From Octopus sinensis (taxonomy: Eukaryota): a stretch of 64,000 nt of DNA. The position numbers were made by a program, and so were the translations under genes. The notes under the pieces are model-generated. The model made no database searches. It was not told the DNA's origin and saw only the letters and a program-made list of their open reading frames with translations. Below, in pieces: positions 12,383-25,107 of this stretch. Location of the stretch: the NCBI RefSeq assembly GCF_006345805.1, contig NC_042999.1, positions 129,890,001-129,954,000 on the forward strand. Direction: 5' to 3'. Position 1 is the stretch's first letter. Each line of letters starts with the position of its first letter.

Positions 12383-12734
12383 TCACTTGATTTGACATGT
12401 ACATGACCATTCTTTATTCTTTAATTCCATTCCAACCAAAATCCAAATATATGGGAAACTACCACCTGTGTCATCTCTTGTGAAAGGTAGGAGAGTCCAG
12501 TTTGCTGGACATTGTTGTAGAGCTGAAAAAGAAGTAATTTCTACTCTTCTCCTCTGGAAGCCATCTACTCGCCATACCAGAGGGTGCACACTCTCCTACC
12601 CTGATGTAATCTCCAGGGATACAGGCATCCAGCAACAGGACCTCTGTAATGCCATGATGGACCGTGAAGTCTGGCGTAGCATGGTAAATTCCATTGTCTC
12701 GACCATGGTCGAACAATGATGATGATGATGATGA
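12383..12734 (+). mobile_element. 5'-truncated RTE-like LINE, ORF C-terminus plus (TGA)n tail
   Basis: IYGKLPPVSSLVKGRRVQFAGHCCR...AMMDREVWRSMV* matches the RTE C-terminal pattern (RRL.FAGHC.R ... DR..WR); the stop runs into a TGA microsatellite tail. Confidence 0.8.
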
Positions 12735-13504
12735 AGGAATATTAGCATCAACATCTCAAATTTTGAGTTATTTTTTTATCAGTAAGCATAATTGAATGAT
12801 ATTTTGGCAAATTTTTCTTATCATTTTTATGAATTTCACAGATCAAATTCATTGGTTACATTCTGAAAAAAGCACTATTCAGTCAGTTCTGGTAGCTTAT
12901 TCATCCACAAGGTTTGCTACTTAATCAATCAACGTTGCATATTGTCAAACCCTATATCCAATTTGAAGTTTTCCAGTTATATAGACTTAAATAACTTTAT
13001 TTATAAAGAATTTTCATTACTTCCAAATTAATATAAAGTAATTTTAATGCTGACATCCATTTTTCTCAAAGGAAGCCCAGTTTTGGCTGTCTTTCATTTT
13101 CAGAGATGTCCTAGAAACTGCTTCAATTTGCATGTTCTTTTTATTTAAATTTTGCACTTAAGTGTGATATTTCTTAGAAATACCCTTTACCTTTTGCTAC
13201 CTGTCAGTGCACTGGTGTTTGCATCGATCATTTACATTTTATCGCAATTGCACTTTTGGTCAATAGAATATCAATTTTCTCAAAATACGTTCTGTCCACA
13301 CGCGCCTATAGATGTGAATGCTCATTCACAACTGTCTGCATTCATGTACCATTTGGTGCTTACAATACCACTGCAAATAATTGTGTGCTTTAGCATTGAG
13401 GGAATTTTTTGTGTTGAAATACCATATTTAGTGCTTGCAAACAGCAACGAGGTAAATTTTTACTGATTTTTTAAAGATTCAATCAATTACAGATTTTCGA
13501 TAGG

Positions 13505-13779
13505 ATGCCTCAAAAAAGTAAGAGTCACATTGGTAGAAAAACAAAAAAATGCTTCTGTTTTGTGTTCCTTGCAGGCAAGCAAGACAGAAGAACAATGTGT
13601 ACTTTGGCATGCTCGCAATGCTACTTCTTCTTCAACCACCAGAGCATCACAGACAGCTCAACATGCAGAACTCCAGCATGCTTACAATGCTGCTTCTACT
13701 GCAGTTGCCAGAGCATCACAGACAGAAGCTTAGACAGAAGTGGAATTACACTATTTTAGACTCCAGTGGGGGGGGGCTA

Positions 13780-13780
<1 letters not shown>
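13505..13780 (+). mobile_element. Helitron RepHel N-terminal (STPR-like repeat) fragment, frameshifted
   Basis: MPQKSKSHIGRKTK, a frameshift in an A-run, then ASKTEEQ...RASQTAQ...RASQTEA*TE, resembling the 23-aa R..ET.EQ repeats of animal Helitrons; ends at CTAG|T (13777-13781). Confidence 0.55.
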
Positions 13781-13815
<35 letters not shown>

Positions 13816-14533
13816 CAAAAAGAAAATATTCCCAACAAATCCCTGGATTGAAACTTTACCAAAGTATACTCCCATCCCCACAAGAAGGAAAAAATACAAT
13901 GAAACCCACCCCACCTTCATGATTCACAAAGAAAATCAGAATCATTTGGACTAAATTGTGAAAACTGATCACTTATTATTCACAACAAATATTGAAACAA
14001 CAATGCCAAACCATAAATATGCATAACATGGGCCAGTCAGTAATATAGTAATTCGATTCTTGATCAAATCACAGAACAGTAGTTTTTATAGGTTTTCCTT
14101 AAAATACTACTCTATTGAAAATTTGAAATATCACCTAATGAAGGATGCTAATTCTTTAAACTTATTTCATTGACTTCTTTTTGTAATTTTTTTTTTTTAT
14201 ATAGCTGTACTTTCAAACAGGCATAATGAATATAATGAAAAATATTGAATCCAGTCAAAAGTTAAAGGTTGAATGCCATTGGTTCAACAAATACCAAAGA
14301 TATACATGTGTGAAAGAGAAAAGGAAAGAGAGAGAGAGAGAAAATAGAGAGATAGTGTGTGTGCTTTGATTTTTACTTTCGAGGAAATAAACTAAAATTT
14401 TTCTCCCTAAATGTCTAGTATTTCTTCCATACCATCTATAAAGTGTATGGAATTTTTATGTTTTAGAAAGTATATGGAAAGGTTTTGTTCAATTTTTAGT
14501 AGATAATTTAGTCTTTGATAACCTGCGACCTTT

Positions 14534-14562
14534 GTCACATGTTATGACTTAGGTCATGTGAT
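14534..14562 (+). promoter_or_regulatory. Two M-box/CLEAR-like motifs upstream of the S28 peptidase start
   Basis: GTCACATG (14534-14541) and GTCATGTGAT (14553-14562), 60-90 bp before ATG 14623. Confidence 0.45.
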
Positions 14563-14622
14563 CGCAATGTTGTTTTGTAATCATTTGTAAATAACTCGTG
14601 TTCTTGTAAGTTAAATGAAAAC

Positions 14623-14859
14623 ATGGCACTGCGAACGTCGGCCGCATTAATTCTGTTCCTACTTGTTTGTGTGGGAAACCTGTTATGTTACGCTTATATA
14701 CCTAAGATTATAAATGGTCGACCAACGGGTGGGTTTTTAAAAGGATTTTTATTCCACAGGCAATTGCCCCACAGTATTCAAGACCCTGTTACTAATGAAT
14801 TATGGTTCGATCAGAAACTCGACCACTTTGACCCTTCGGATACAAGAACTTGGAAACAG
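14623..14859 (+). CDS. Serine peptidase family S28 (K12H4.7/PRSS16-like), exon 1 of 10
   Basis: Signal peptide MALRTSAALILFLLVCVG; WFDQKLDHFDPSDTRTWKQ family motif; donor CAG|GTATAG, phase 0. Confidence 0.95.
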
Positions 14860-16165
14860 GTATAGATTTGATAACTTCTATTTAATATTTGCTTACAATC
14901 AAAAACAAGCAACAAAGATTATTCTATAGAATTATATGCACCCTAATAAGTGAAGAGCATCATATCGTATAAAGAAGCGTGCATGCCCTTTTATTTCCTC
15001 TTTTTTTAAATACATTTTTAGTGTTATCATCCATTTACTTGTGACAGTTGGCTGTATTTTCAGTCGGTTATATTATTTATTTATAAAACAGCTTTTTTAG
15101 TTGGATGAAATATAGAATTCATTTCAAGCAATTACCGTGTAATTTCTTTGTGTGAGAGTTCTAGCGCATGTTGTTATCTTGTGAGTAACGCTCATCTCCC
15201 AGCGAACTGACTACAGTCCACTTCATGCTTCACGCCTCTTTGTTATTTCACTATTAGCTGACTCGTCCTTGTTTTATATTACTCGAAAGCGACGTCTTCA
15301 GTGTTGTTTCCACTATCCAATGGGTTAAAGATTTTTTTTTTTCAATTAGTATAATCTAACAAATTATAATATCTATCTATATACTAGCCAATCAAGAACA
15401 TTTTAATTACATATCGGATATCATTCCAAAGATTGTGTTTATAATTGGGCAATCCTTCGTAAGATTGTAAAAAATTGCAATAATCTGCTGTCGAATGAAC
15501 TCCTATAGCTACAGGGTCACACGACTAACTAGAAATAGCAGCCCCTCCCTAACACGTGCGACTGTCTTAAAAAGAAAAAGACGTATTTAGATACAGAAGT
15601 ACATGAATTCTGAAAATAAGACGTGATGGTCATAGCTTGAATGTCTTTGATAATAAGTTTGGTTTATTTCGACACTCTGGCCGACTTAGAACTAAACAAC
15701 ACCAAATGTTTTCAGGATCTCAGGGAGGCTATAATTTATCAAAGATGTGTGCGAACAAATTGGGAAAATGATCACCGTGCTAATGGAGATGCCTCTACAT
15801 GACCTCTTGTCCTGTTAGAAATAGCAGTCAAGTCTCCGTTAGCTCACACCCTACTGTCTAAATAAAGGACACGATGGATCGGCTGGAATGCTTTTGGTCA
15901 TAGCTTTGCTGAATCAAGTTTGACCTAGGGCTAAAAAATAACTTATGGCCGGACTACATTTGCACATTTTCTGGGGTAACTCCTTAATATCCGTTAACGG
16001 AAACATTCATAAAATTACATAAGTTTTTAAAAACCGTAATTAAGTCTCTTTTTATTCTTTTTCTTTGAGACGCTTTAAGGTACTTGAACGATTTAGATGA
16101 GAAAATGCACCAAGACTTAATAAAAGGACTTAGCTTTTCCTCAGTGTTGTCAATATCTTGTGACA

Positions 16166-16725
16166 GCTAAGGCAGCGAGCTGGCAGAGAAACGTTAGCAC
16201 GCCGGGCGAAATGCTTAGCGGTAGTTCGTCTGCCGTTACGTTCTGAATTCAAATTCCGCCGAGGTCGACTTTGCCTTTCATCCTTTCGGGGTCGATTAAA
16301 TAAGTACGGTTACGCACTGGGGCCGATATAATCGACTTAATCCGTTTGTCTGTCCTTGTTTGTCCTCTCTGTGTTAGCCCCTTGTGGGTAGTAAAGAAAT
16401 AGGTATTTCGTCTGCCGTTACGTTCTGAGTTCAAATTTCGCCGAGGTCGACTTTGCCTTTCATCCTTTCGGGGTCGATAAATTATGTACCAGTTGGGTAC
16501 TGGGGTCGATCTAATCGACTGGCCCCCTCCCTCAAAATTTCGGGCCTTGTGCCTAGAGTACAAAAGAATATCTTGTGACAACCAAGGCGGCGAGCTGCCA
16601 GAATCGTTAGCACACCAGGCAAAATGCTTAGCGGCATTTCATCCGGCCTTACATTCTGAGTTCAAATTCCGCCGAGGTCGACTTTACCTTTCCTCCTTTC
16701 GGAGTCGATAAAATAAGTACCAGAA
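16166..16725 (+). mobile_element. Cluster of three SINE units (GGCGAGCTGGCAGAA family)
   Basis: GTTCAAATTCCGCCGAGGTCGACTTTGCCTTTCATCCTTTCGGGGTCGAT repeated three times; CpG-rich, so probably young. Confidence 0.85.
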
Positions 16726-17149
16726 AGACTTCCGCCCTCCCCCCACACACACCCATTTCTCCCAAATTTGTTTATTAAAAAATTTTTTTTTTAAATTTTT
16801 TTTCGGAATCATAATCTCCGTATTTTTTTCGCAGATTTTGAGAGAAAAAAAATTCTGAAAAAAGTTTAAAATGAATGAAATGGGGTGGGGGTTGAATAAA
16901 AGAAGTGCTAACCTAAGATTCTGTTTTGGGTGTGAACGTGTTAAAGGTCATATACATAGTTTGAAAGCCATTGTGCTACAATACCTTCCAAAGTCTCTTG
17001 AAGAAAAAAGATAAAAAGAGACCTAATTATGGGTTTTTAATGATTTAGTGCATCTTTTAGCATTTATTAATAAATTACTTTTGGATTGACAGTGTTTTAT
17101 TTCAATGCCATACTGAATTATGAAATATATCTGTAGATAATAATAGCTT

Positions 17150-17350
17150 CAATTTTTGGCATAAGGCCAACAATTTCGGGGGAGGGTGTAAACCGATTAC
17201 ATTGACCCCAGTACTCAACTAGTACTTAGTTTTATTGACCCCGAAAGGATGAAAGGCAAATTGGTATTCGAACTCAGAACAGGAAGGTAGGTGAAATACT
17301 GTGAAGTGTTTTACCCAGCATGCTAATGATTCTGCCAGCTTGCCACCTTA
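17150..17350 (-). mobile_element. SINE copy, inverted relative to 16166-16725
   Basis: GACCCCGAAAGGATGAAAGGCAAA...GATTCTGCCAGCTTGCC is the reverse complement of the family head. Confidence 0.8.
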
Positions 17351-18936
17351 TATCTGTTAATAATAACAAATCAAAAATCTAATTCTTAATTACACTGCAA
17401 TGGCAAACAATCTGGCTGTTGGACAGCATCAAAAAGGAGAAAACTTTTATTCTGTAGCTCCAAACAAACAAGATACTAGCAATAATTTGACAAAGTGAAA
17501 GTGGAACGCTATAATCGAAGATTGCCCCTCATCCCTTTAAGATAGTGAGACCAAACAAAATGAGGGAAGGTGTTGTGAGATCAGTTCTTGGAATTTTTGT
17601 TTTCACAGAATTGAGAAGAGCAGCGGTGACCATGTTACAGATTTATCTCACTTATTCTAGCTGGGAGAAAAGAAACATAGTGCCAGTTGTGATTTATTGT
17701 TGGACAAAATGCTTAGCAGCATTTCTTTTGGTTTCAAATTCCATCATTTACTTTTTGGGATCAATAAAATAAGTACCAGTTGAGTTCAAATTCCATCATT
17801 TACCTTTTTGGGATCAATAAAATAGGTACCAGTTGAGCACAGGGATTGATGTAATCGATAGTCCCCCCACTACATTTCAGGCCTTGTACCTATAGTAGAA
17901 GGAATTATTGTCATCATGATTTTTATGTTTGTTTCTCATGGGTTGTCATGGTCTGTTCTTATTAAGAGTTACTGTCCTCTTAGAGAGATCAGTGGCCCAT
18001 GTCTCATATATACTGATTTTGTCATGGTTTTACAGCTGGGTGCCTCTCCTAGTGCCAACCACTTCATAGAATGTACTGAATATATTTTACTAGAGAAGTT
18101 ATCTTGTCTTCTACAAAACTAGAGTCTTTACTGTAATGTCACCTTTCAGTCAAGGCAAACATGAGTGAGAAGGTGAATAGAAGAGAGATGTGATGGAGTG
18201 AGAGCAAAGGTAAGAGGATAAAAGAAGAGAGAGAATGTGGAGAGAAATAGTGATACAAGTGGGAAGAGAAACAGCAATAGGCAGCTACATATTGGTTGTT
18301 GGTAAGGAGACTGGATAGAAAAAACAGCATGAGCAGTGGTAAGGGAAGATGGTGATGAGGGAGTAATGGAAAAGGGAAGAATGTGAGAAAGAGCGTGAAA
18401 GATTGAAATATAAGGTTATTATGTAATTATTACATGTCACTGCATATACTTAGCATGTATTTATACTGCTGCAATATCCTGTTATTGAGGCATTGTTTTA
18501 TTGCCTCATATCCTTCTTGTTAATCCTTACCTATTTTTCAAGTAAGGGATGTTTTATTTCACATGTTTTGAAGGTACAAAGCCAGCGGACAGTAATTGGT
18601 TGGCAGATGAAATGATATTCATGTCACTGCTTGTAGCTTGCAATTTTCAAACAAATATGTATGCATACACACATATGTGTAAGACTAGTGTAGGAGTTGC
18701 TAGGCACAAGCATGGCTGTGTGGCAAGAAGTCTGCTTCCAACCACATGGTTCTCAATTTTGGGTAACCATCTTCTACTATAGTCCCCAGTCCAACCAAAG
18801 CCTTGTAAGTGAATTTCGTAGATTAAAACTGAAAGAAGTCTGTTGTGTATGTATGTGCATGTGTGTTACTATCTCCTTAGCTTAGCATTGTAAGATAGTT
18901 GTAAATGAGTGTCATCACAATGCAAGCAGTGTCCTT

Positions 18937-20036
18937 TCATCATCATCATCGTTTAACATCCGTTCTCCATGCTAGCATGGGTTGGATGGTTCGACCGGGG
19001 ATCTGGGAAGCCAGAAGGCTGCACTAGGTTCCAGTCTGATCTGGCAGTGTTTCTACAGCTGGATGCCCTTCCTAACGCCAACCACTCTGTGAGTGTAGTG
19101 GGTGCTTTTTACGTGCCACCTGCACAGGTGCCAGGCGAGGCTGGCAACGGCCACGATCAGATTGGTGCATTTTACGTGCCACCAGCATGGAAGCCAGTCA
19201 AGGCGGCGCTGGCATTGGCCACGATTCGGATGGTACTTTTTACGTGCCACCGGCATGGAAGCCAGTCTAGGCGGCGCTGGCATCGACCATGTTCAGATGG
19301 TGCTTTTTACGTGCCACTGGCACGGAAGCCAGTCAAGGCGGAGCTGGCATCGGCGACGATTTGGATAGCGTTTTTTACGTGCCACCGGCACGGAAGCCAG
19401 TCAAGGAGGCGCTGGCATCGGCCATGATTCGGATAGTGCTTTTTACGTGTCACCGGCATGGAAGCCAGTCTAGGTGGCGCTGGCATCGGCCACGTTCAGA
19501 TGGTGCCTTTTACGTGCCACCGGCACAGGGATCACAACTGCAGTTTCCATTGATTTTGATGTTGGTGTACTTGACTCAGTGGATCTCCTCAAGCACAGGG
19601 TCGAAATGGTGTTTCTTCACTTGCCACCTGCACAGGAGTCAGTCCAGCGGTCCTGGCAACTGCCGGGTGCCAGTCATAGGATTGGTTCAATTTCGATTCC
19701 GATTTCACTTGCCCCAACAGGTCTTCGCAAGCAGGGTTTAGTGTCCAATGAAGGGAGGTTGGCATGGGTGCCTGTCGTCGGATGAGGTTCGATTTCGACT
19801 TCGCTTGCCTCAACAGGTCTTTGTGTGTCCAAGGGAGGAAAGACATGCATAAGTGGGCTGGACTCACTTGTCCTGCCGGGTCTTCTCACGCACAGCATAC
19901 TTCCAAAGGTCTCGGTCGCTAGTCATTGCCTCGGTGAGGCCTAACGTTCGAAGGTCGTGCTTCACCACCTTGTCCCAGGTTTTCCTGGGTCTACCTCTTC
20001 CACAGGTTCCCTCAACTGCTAGGGATTGGCACTTGT
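18937..20036 (-). mobile_element. 5'-truncated RTE LINE: ORF end, long 3' UTR with ~67-bp tandem units, (GAT)n tail
   Basis: KCQSLAVEGTCGRGRPRKTWDKVVKHDL...DRDLWKYAV (G.RGRP..TW...DR..W motif); about 7 GGTGCTTTTTACGTGCCACC units at 19101-19530; CATCATCATC tail at 18937-18950. Confidence 0.88.
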
Positions 20037-20208
20037 TTCCAATATTCTGTGAAAATATTACTTTTCTTGCAAATAGATGAGAGTTGGTGACAGAAAGGGC
20101 ATCCAACCATAAAAAATTTACCTAGTGACATTAATAATTCAATTTCATAATTTTTTTTTTTATTGATACATTTTTAAATATTTGTTTATATTTAATTCTT
20201 TATTCTAG

Positions 20209-20390
20209 CGATATTTTATAAACAAATCATACTTCAAGCCTGGTGGTCCAATATTTCTAATGATTGGTGGAGAAGGTACAGCTGATCCAATATGGATGTC
20301 CACGGGAGATTGGGTCGAAAATGCCAAGAAGTACAATGCTTTCTGTATCCAAGTGGAACATCGGTTTTATGGGAAAAGTCATCCAACTGA
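20209..20390 (+). CDS. S28 peptidase exon 2
   Basis: TAG|CGA; [23 protein letters not shown]...[12 protein letters not shown]; donor GA|GTAAGT, phase 2. Confidence 0.96.
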
Positions 20391-20450
20391 GTAAGTTGTC
20401 AGATTTCCAACTTTATGAGTTTTAGTCTCTTTGAATCTTTCCCTGCTTAA

Positions 20451-20665
20451 CCCTTTAGCATTTAAACTGACCATATCTGGCCAAAATATTCTACATGTTC
20501 TGTGCTCAAATTAACCAGATCTGGCCTCTCACACCTACCTTATAATGCCACTATTAAAATAAACAATCTCATCATCAAAATCTTAAAGCTATGAGAAAAT
20601 GCATGATTAATTCAATGTGAATAAATAAGCAGTACATTTCACAGAATAATCTGAATGCTGAAGGG
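20451..20665. mobile_element. piggyBac-like MITE with TTAA target sites (related copies at ~21067-21283, ~29217-29423, ~50950-51130)
   Basis: TTAA|CCCTTTAGCATT ... AATGCTGAAGGG|TTAA. Confidence 0.8.
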
Positions 20666-23007
20666 TTAAACTATATGAAGATATCTAACCTGGACAATAT
20701 AACTTAACTATATATATAGAATATAGATAACCTGTTAACAGATTATGTTTATTCTCAAATATGTGCGTGTGAGTGTGTGATGCTTTTCTTAACATTATCC
20801 ACTTTACAATGTGTACTGGCTGCTTTTCTCATGCCACTGGCACTAGTGAGATTGCTATGCAGCATGCAAGCCTACAGAACCCAAGGGGTGGGGCTATCAG
20901 AGAGAGTTAAGGTTTGAGAGAAATAGGTAGAATAGAGCTAGTTCTTGTTATTGGGAAGCTACATGACTACTCACATTTAGGAGAGTGAGAAACAAATTAG
21001 TAGTAATTGCAAAGATATATATATATATATATATATAGTATTTGTAATATCTCATCTACATAAAATCTCTAGCATTTAAACTGGTCATATCCAAAGTTTT
21101 CTACCTGTTTTATTGTTCAAACTGGATTTATCAAGCCTTTCACATGTATCCTACAATGCCATCATAAAAATAAATAGCCACATCATCAAAATCTCAGTTA
21201 TAAGTTAATGCATGATTAATTCAAAACAATCTGATTAAATAAGCATTATATTTGCCAGATTAATCTGAATGCTAAAAGGTTAATGCTTGGTCATAATGAG
21301 TATGCAGTTACATGCGAGATAGGTGGGATACTGATAATATAAATGAGTACATGTGCTGGAATAGTTTGGGAGATTTTACAAATCATCATCGTCATCGTTT
21401 AATGTCCGCTTTCCATGCTAGCATGGGTTGGGTGATTTGACTGAGGTCTGGCGAACAAGATGGCTGCACCAGACTCCAATCTGATCTGGCAGAGTTTCTA
21501 CAGCTAGATGCCCTTCCTAACGCCAGTGACCAATAGAAATTAAATTGTCTTGTCATGTAAAAATCCAAAGTGAAATTTATGTATATTTTGGTTCTCATGC
21601 CAGAAGAGAGATTCTTGTGACAGTTATAATCTGAGGAAGACATAAGTCAAAGTAACTCAATATGATCTAAGAACATTGGGCCACAGTATTTTAGGTACAC
21701 TGAATAAAAGGATGTTAATGGCAGTTTAATTTTAAATAATAGAATTATTATATTTACTGTCATCTCCATTTTCCTACTGACATAAGTTGAACAGATTTAC
21801 AATGTAGTATCCTTTCAAGTGTATTGACTCATGGTATATTTAATGTTTATGGACACTTGGTTAAATGCTTCAGGAATTTTCTTTAGAATCAAAAGTTTCT
21901 GTGTTTGATCCCACTGTGCTACAACTTAGGCAAATGAATTCTAGTAAAGCATTGACTCAACTCAAGCTTTGTGTGTGAACTAGAAAGCTCAACCAAGCCA
22001 TATACAGTGTCATGCTGAATCTTCCTGAAGGCTAGTTAAGGATATATGTGTCTGTGAAATTCTCAACCATTTACACAGTAATACAGAATAGACACTTCTA
22101 TTGATTGAAAACGATAATATTCATTAGACACAAGATTCATTCATAATGTCCATGGTTTACATTTCTCCAAGGTTTCATATTTCATTGACTACTTGTACTT
22201 TTTTCCTTCAGTTTTTTGATTTGAAACATTCTTCCTTCCTTTTTTTCTTTTCATGAATAATGAAGGAATATTGTAATTAATATAATATAAACATTATTGT
22301 TCACTTGAGAGTTTATATATTTGTATCAAATAAATTATTTTATTGTTCTAATCCTAATTTTTGCTGGATATGTTCATCAGCTCTAGTTTTAGTTTGTTAA
22401 ATACACTCATTGAAAAAGCTATCTGAAAACAATTAATTACAGATTCATTATGACTGAGATAAAATATACACAAAATACTGATGCATACCCATACACACAC
22501 ATATGCATACACACTGATCCATCGGTTTAATTAAAGATAATAAAGGACCATTTCTATAATAGTATTATTTTTGTTGGTAAAATCAATCAGAAAACCTCTT
22601 AGTTCAAATCCCACCAAAATCATCTATCTTTCATTCTTCTGAGGTCAATATAATTGATTGCTCTTAATCCACCAAATTTGCAGTTCATGTGAAGATCATT
22701 TTGCCACAATATTGGTTTACTGTTGGTCACTAAAGTAACATAAATAACAGAATAAAAATATTTATCTCCTTGAACATTTGGCTGATTTTTCTGAAAAATT
22801 CTTTATACATTTCATACATTTTGGGGTTTAAAAGCGAACAACAACTTGTACTCTTCTAAAAGTACAGCTTTTGTTCTTAGGAAATGGAAAGTATATGATG
22901 AAAATCTTTACCACTTAAAAACTGTTTTATCAATAATTTTCATAATGTTTTCAAGTCGTCATGAATGAAAACTGTAGGAATAATACATACATATATATAT
23001 ATTTATA

Positions 23008-24288
23008 CAGGGGTTGGACAAAATAATGGAAACATCTTAGAATTTCAAACAAATTTATTTTAATATGGAGTAGGACCACCTTTGGCAGTAATTACAGCTT
23101 GAATTCTACAAGGTATGGACTCGTACAAAGTTTGAATTGTTTCCAAAGGAATTTTTGTCCATTCTCCAGCTAAAACGGTCTCCAGTTCTTGTAGTGATGA
23201 TGGTGGGGGATATCGATTCCTTACTTGTTTTTCTAAAATAAACCATAAATGTTCAATAATATTGAGATCTGGGGACTGTGGTGGCTAGATATGTTGAATT
23301 TCGCTAGAATGTTCCTCATGCTATTCAGTAACAACTTTAGCTGTGTTAATTGGTGCATTATCATCCTGAAAGATTGCGTTTCTCTCCAGAAACAGTTCCG
23401 CAACCATAGGGTGAATTTGATCAGATAAAATGCTTAAATAGTCTTGACTATTAATTTTGCCATGAAGAGAAACCATTGGGCTGGTGGATTTCCAAGATAT
23501 AGCACCCCCAGATCATCACAGATCCTCCTCCATGTTTAATAGTTGGAAGAAAGCAGTCTGGATCAAATGCTTGTTTTGGCTGTTTCCACATGTATACTCG
23601 GCCAGTGGTCGGAAATAAGGTAAAGGATGACTTGTCCGAGAAAATAACATTCTTCCACTTCTCTAGGGACCAATTCTATAGGTTTTTACTCCACTCTAAA
23701 CACTTTGCAATGTTTGTTTTTGCAAGGAGTGGTTTTCTGATTGCAGCCCACCCATGAAATCTAGCTTTGTGCAGCACCCAGCGAACAGCTTTTGTGGAAA
23801 CTGGGTTCTCAAGATGGTCATTAAGCTTGGGAGCTGTACTTTTGTGATCCTTTGTAACAATTCGCATGAGAGTCTGACGGTCCATATCTGAAAGTTTTGG
23901 TTTTCTTCCGGAGTTTTGTTTCAATGAGGAGATCTTTTCCTCTTTCTCAAAAGCTGTTATTACTTTCGAGACAGTACTTCTTGATACACCACACATTTCG
24001 GTTGTTTTCGTTATGCTAGCACCTACGATACAAGCACCAACAATTTGACCTCTTTGAAAGTTCAATATATCTGTCATTCTAATGAATTTTAAATACCTTT
24101 TTCTGATGACATCTGAAAAGAAACAGCAATTTTAGCAAAACGTATTAAGCAACACTAATAATAAATCCAAAGACATAAAAATAAAGAAGCTTTCAAATCC
24201 CAAAACAAAAGCTTTTGATGGTTTTATAGACATTTCAAAATTATGATGTTATGAAACTAGGTGGTTCCATTATTTTGTCCAACCCCTG
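23008..24288 (-). mobile_element. Full-length Tc1-type DNA transposon with inactivated transposase (24077-23060)
   Basis: TA|CAGGGGTTGGACAAAATAATGGAA ... TTCCATTATTTTGTCCAACCCCTG|TA. Translation gives an HTH with SGRKPKLS, then WKNVIFSD, KHGGGSVMIWG, FQDDNAP, PQSPDLNIIEHLW; several stops. Confidence 0.95.
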
Positions 24289-25078
24289 TATATATATGTT
24301 ATATGAGACAAGGCATAAATAATGGTCATTACATATTTTTCTTTATTGTAGTAAATTTGACTTACAACTGTTTCCAGTAGTCGTTATAGGTTCATTCTTG
24401 ATAGGTTTACTCAATCGGCCAATTGATTGGTTCTGTAAAATTGTTTGACCTAAATATATTAATGCTACTTTCATCAGTCATTTCTGATTATAACAAAGCA
24501 GATCACTGAAGGAATTGTACAGGTATGGGTGGGGAGAGAAGAAAAATAATAAAAATCAATATAAGGTAAGTAGAAGAGGGATAAAGAGGAAAGGGAAAAA
24601 GAAGTGATGATTTGGAAGAGATGGATTGTCTCTCACTAATAACTTTATATATATCATCATCATCATCATTTATATATATGTGTGTATATATATATATTTA
24701 TGTGTGTATATATATGTATTATTTATGTATGTATGTGTGTATATATATGTATTATTTATGTATGTATGTGTGTATATATATATGTATATATGTTTGTGTG
24801 TATAAAGAAGACTGCCATATATATGTGTATATTTGTGTGTGTGTGTCTGTCTATCTGTGTCTGTACCTCACCATTGTCACCATTGCTTGACAACCAATGT
24901 TACTGTACTTACATTCCCATAACTTAGCGGCTCAGCAAAAGACACCGATACAATAAGTACTTGGCTTACAAAGAATAAATCCTGTGGTTGATATTTTTGA
25001 CCAAAGGCGCTGTTCCAGCATGACTGCAGTCACATAACTGAAACAAATAAGACAATAAAAATATCTATACTATTTTAA

Positions 25079-25107
25079 TCCTGAGCAAGGTTGGGTATCT
25101 CTGCTAG
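25079..25107 (+). mobile_element. Helitron-like 3' terminus
   Basis: CCTGAGCAAGGTTGGG imperfect hairpin followed by TATCTCTG-CTAG|T. Confidence 0.45.

Noticed and set aside
18969-19785. Overlapping 90-150 aa ORFs with FYVPPA repeats (also 3018-3748)
   Set aside because: They come from the GC-rich tandem units in the RTE 3' UTR; no protein signature.
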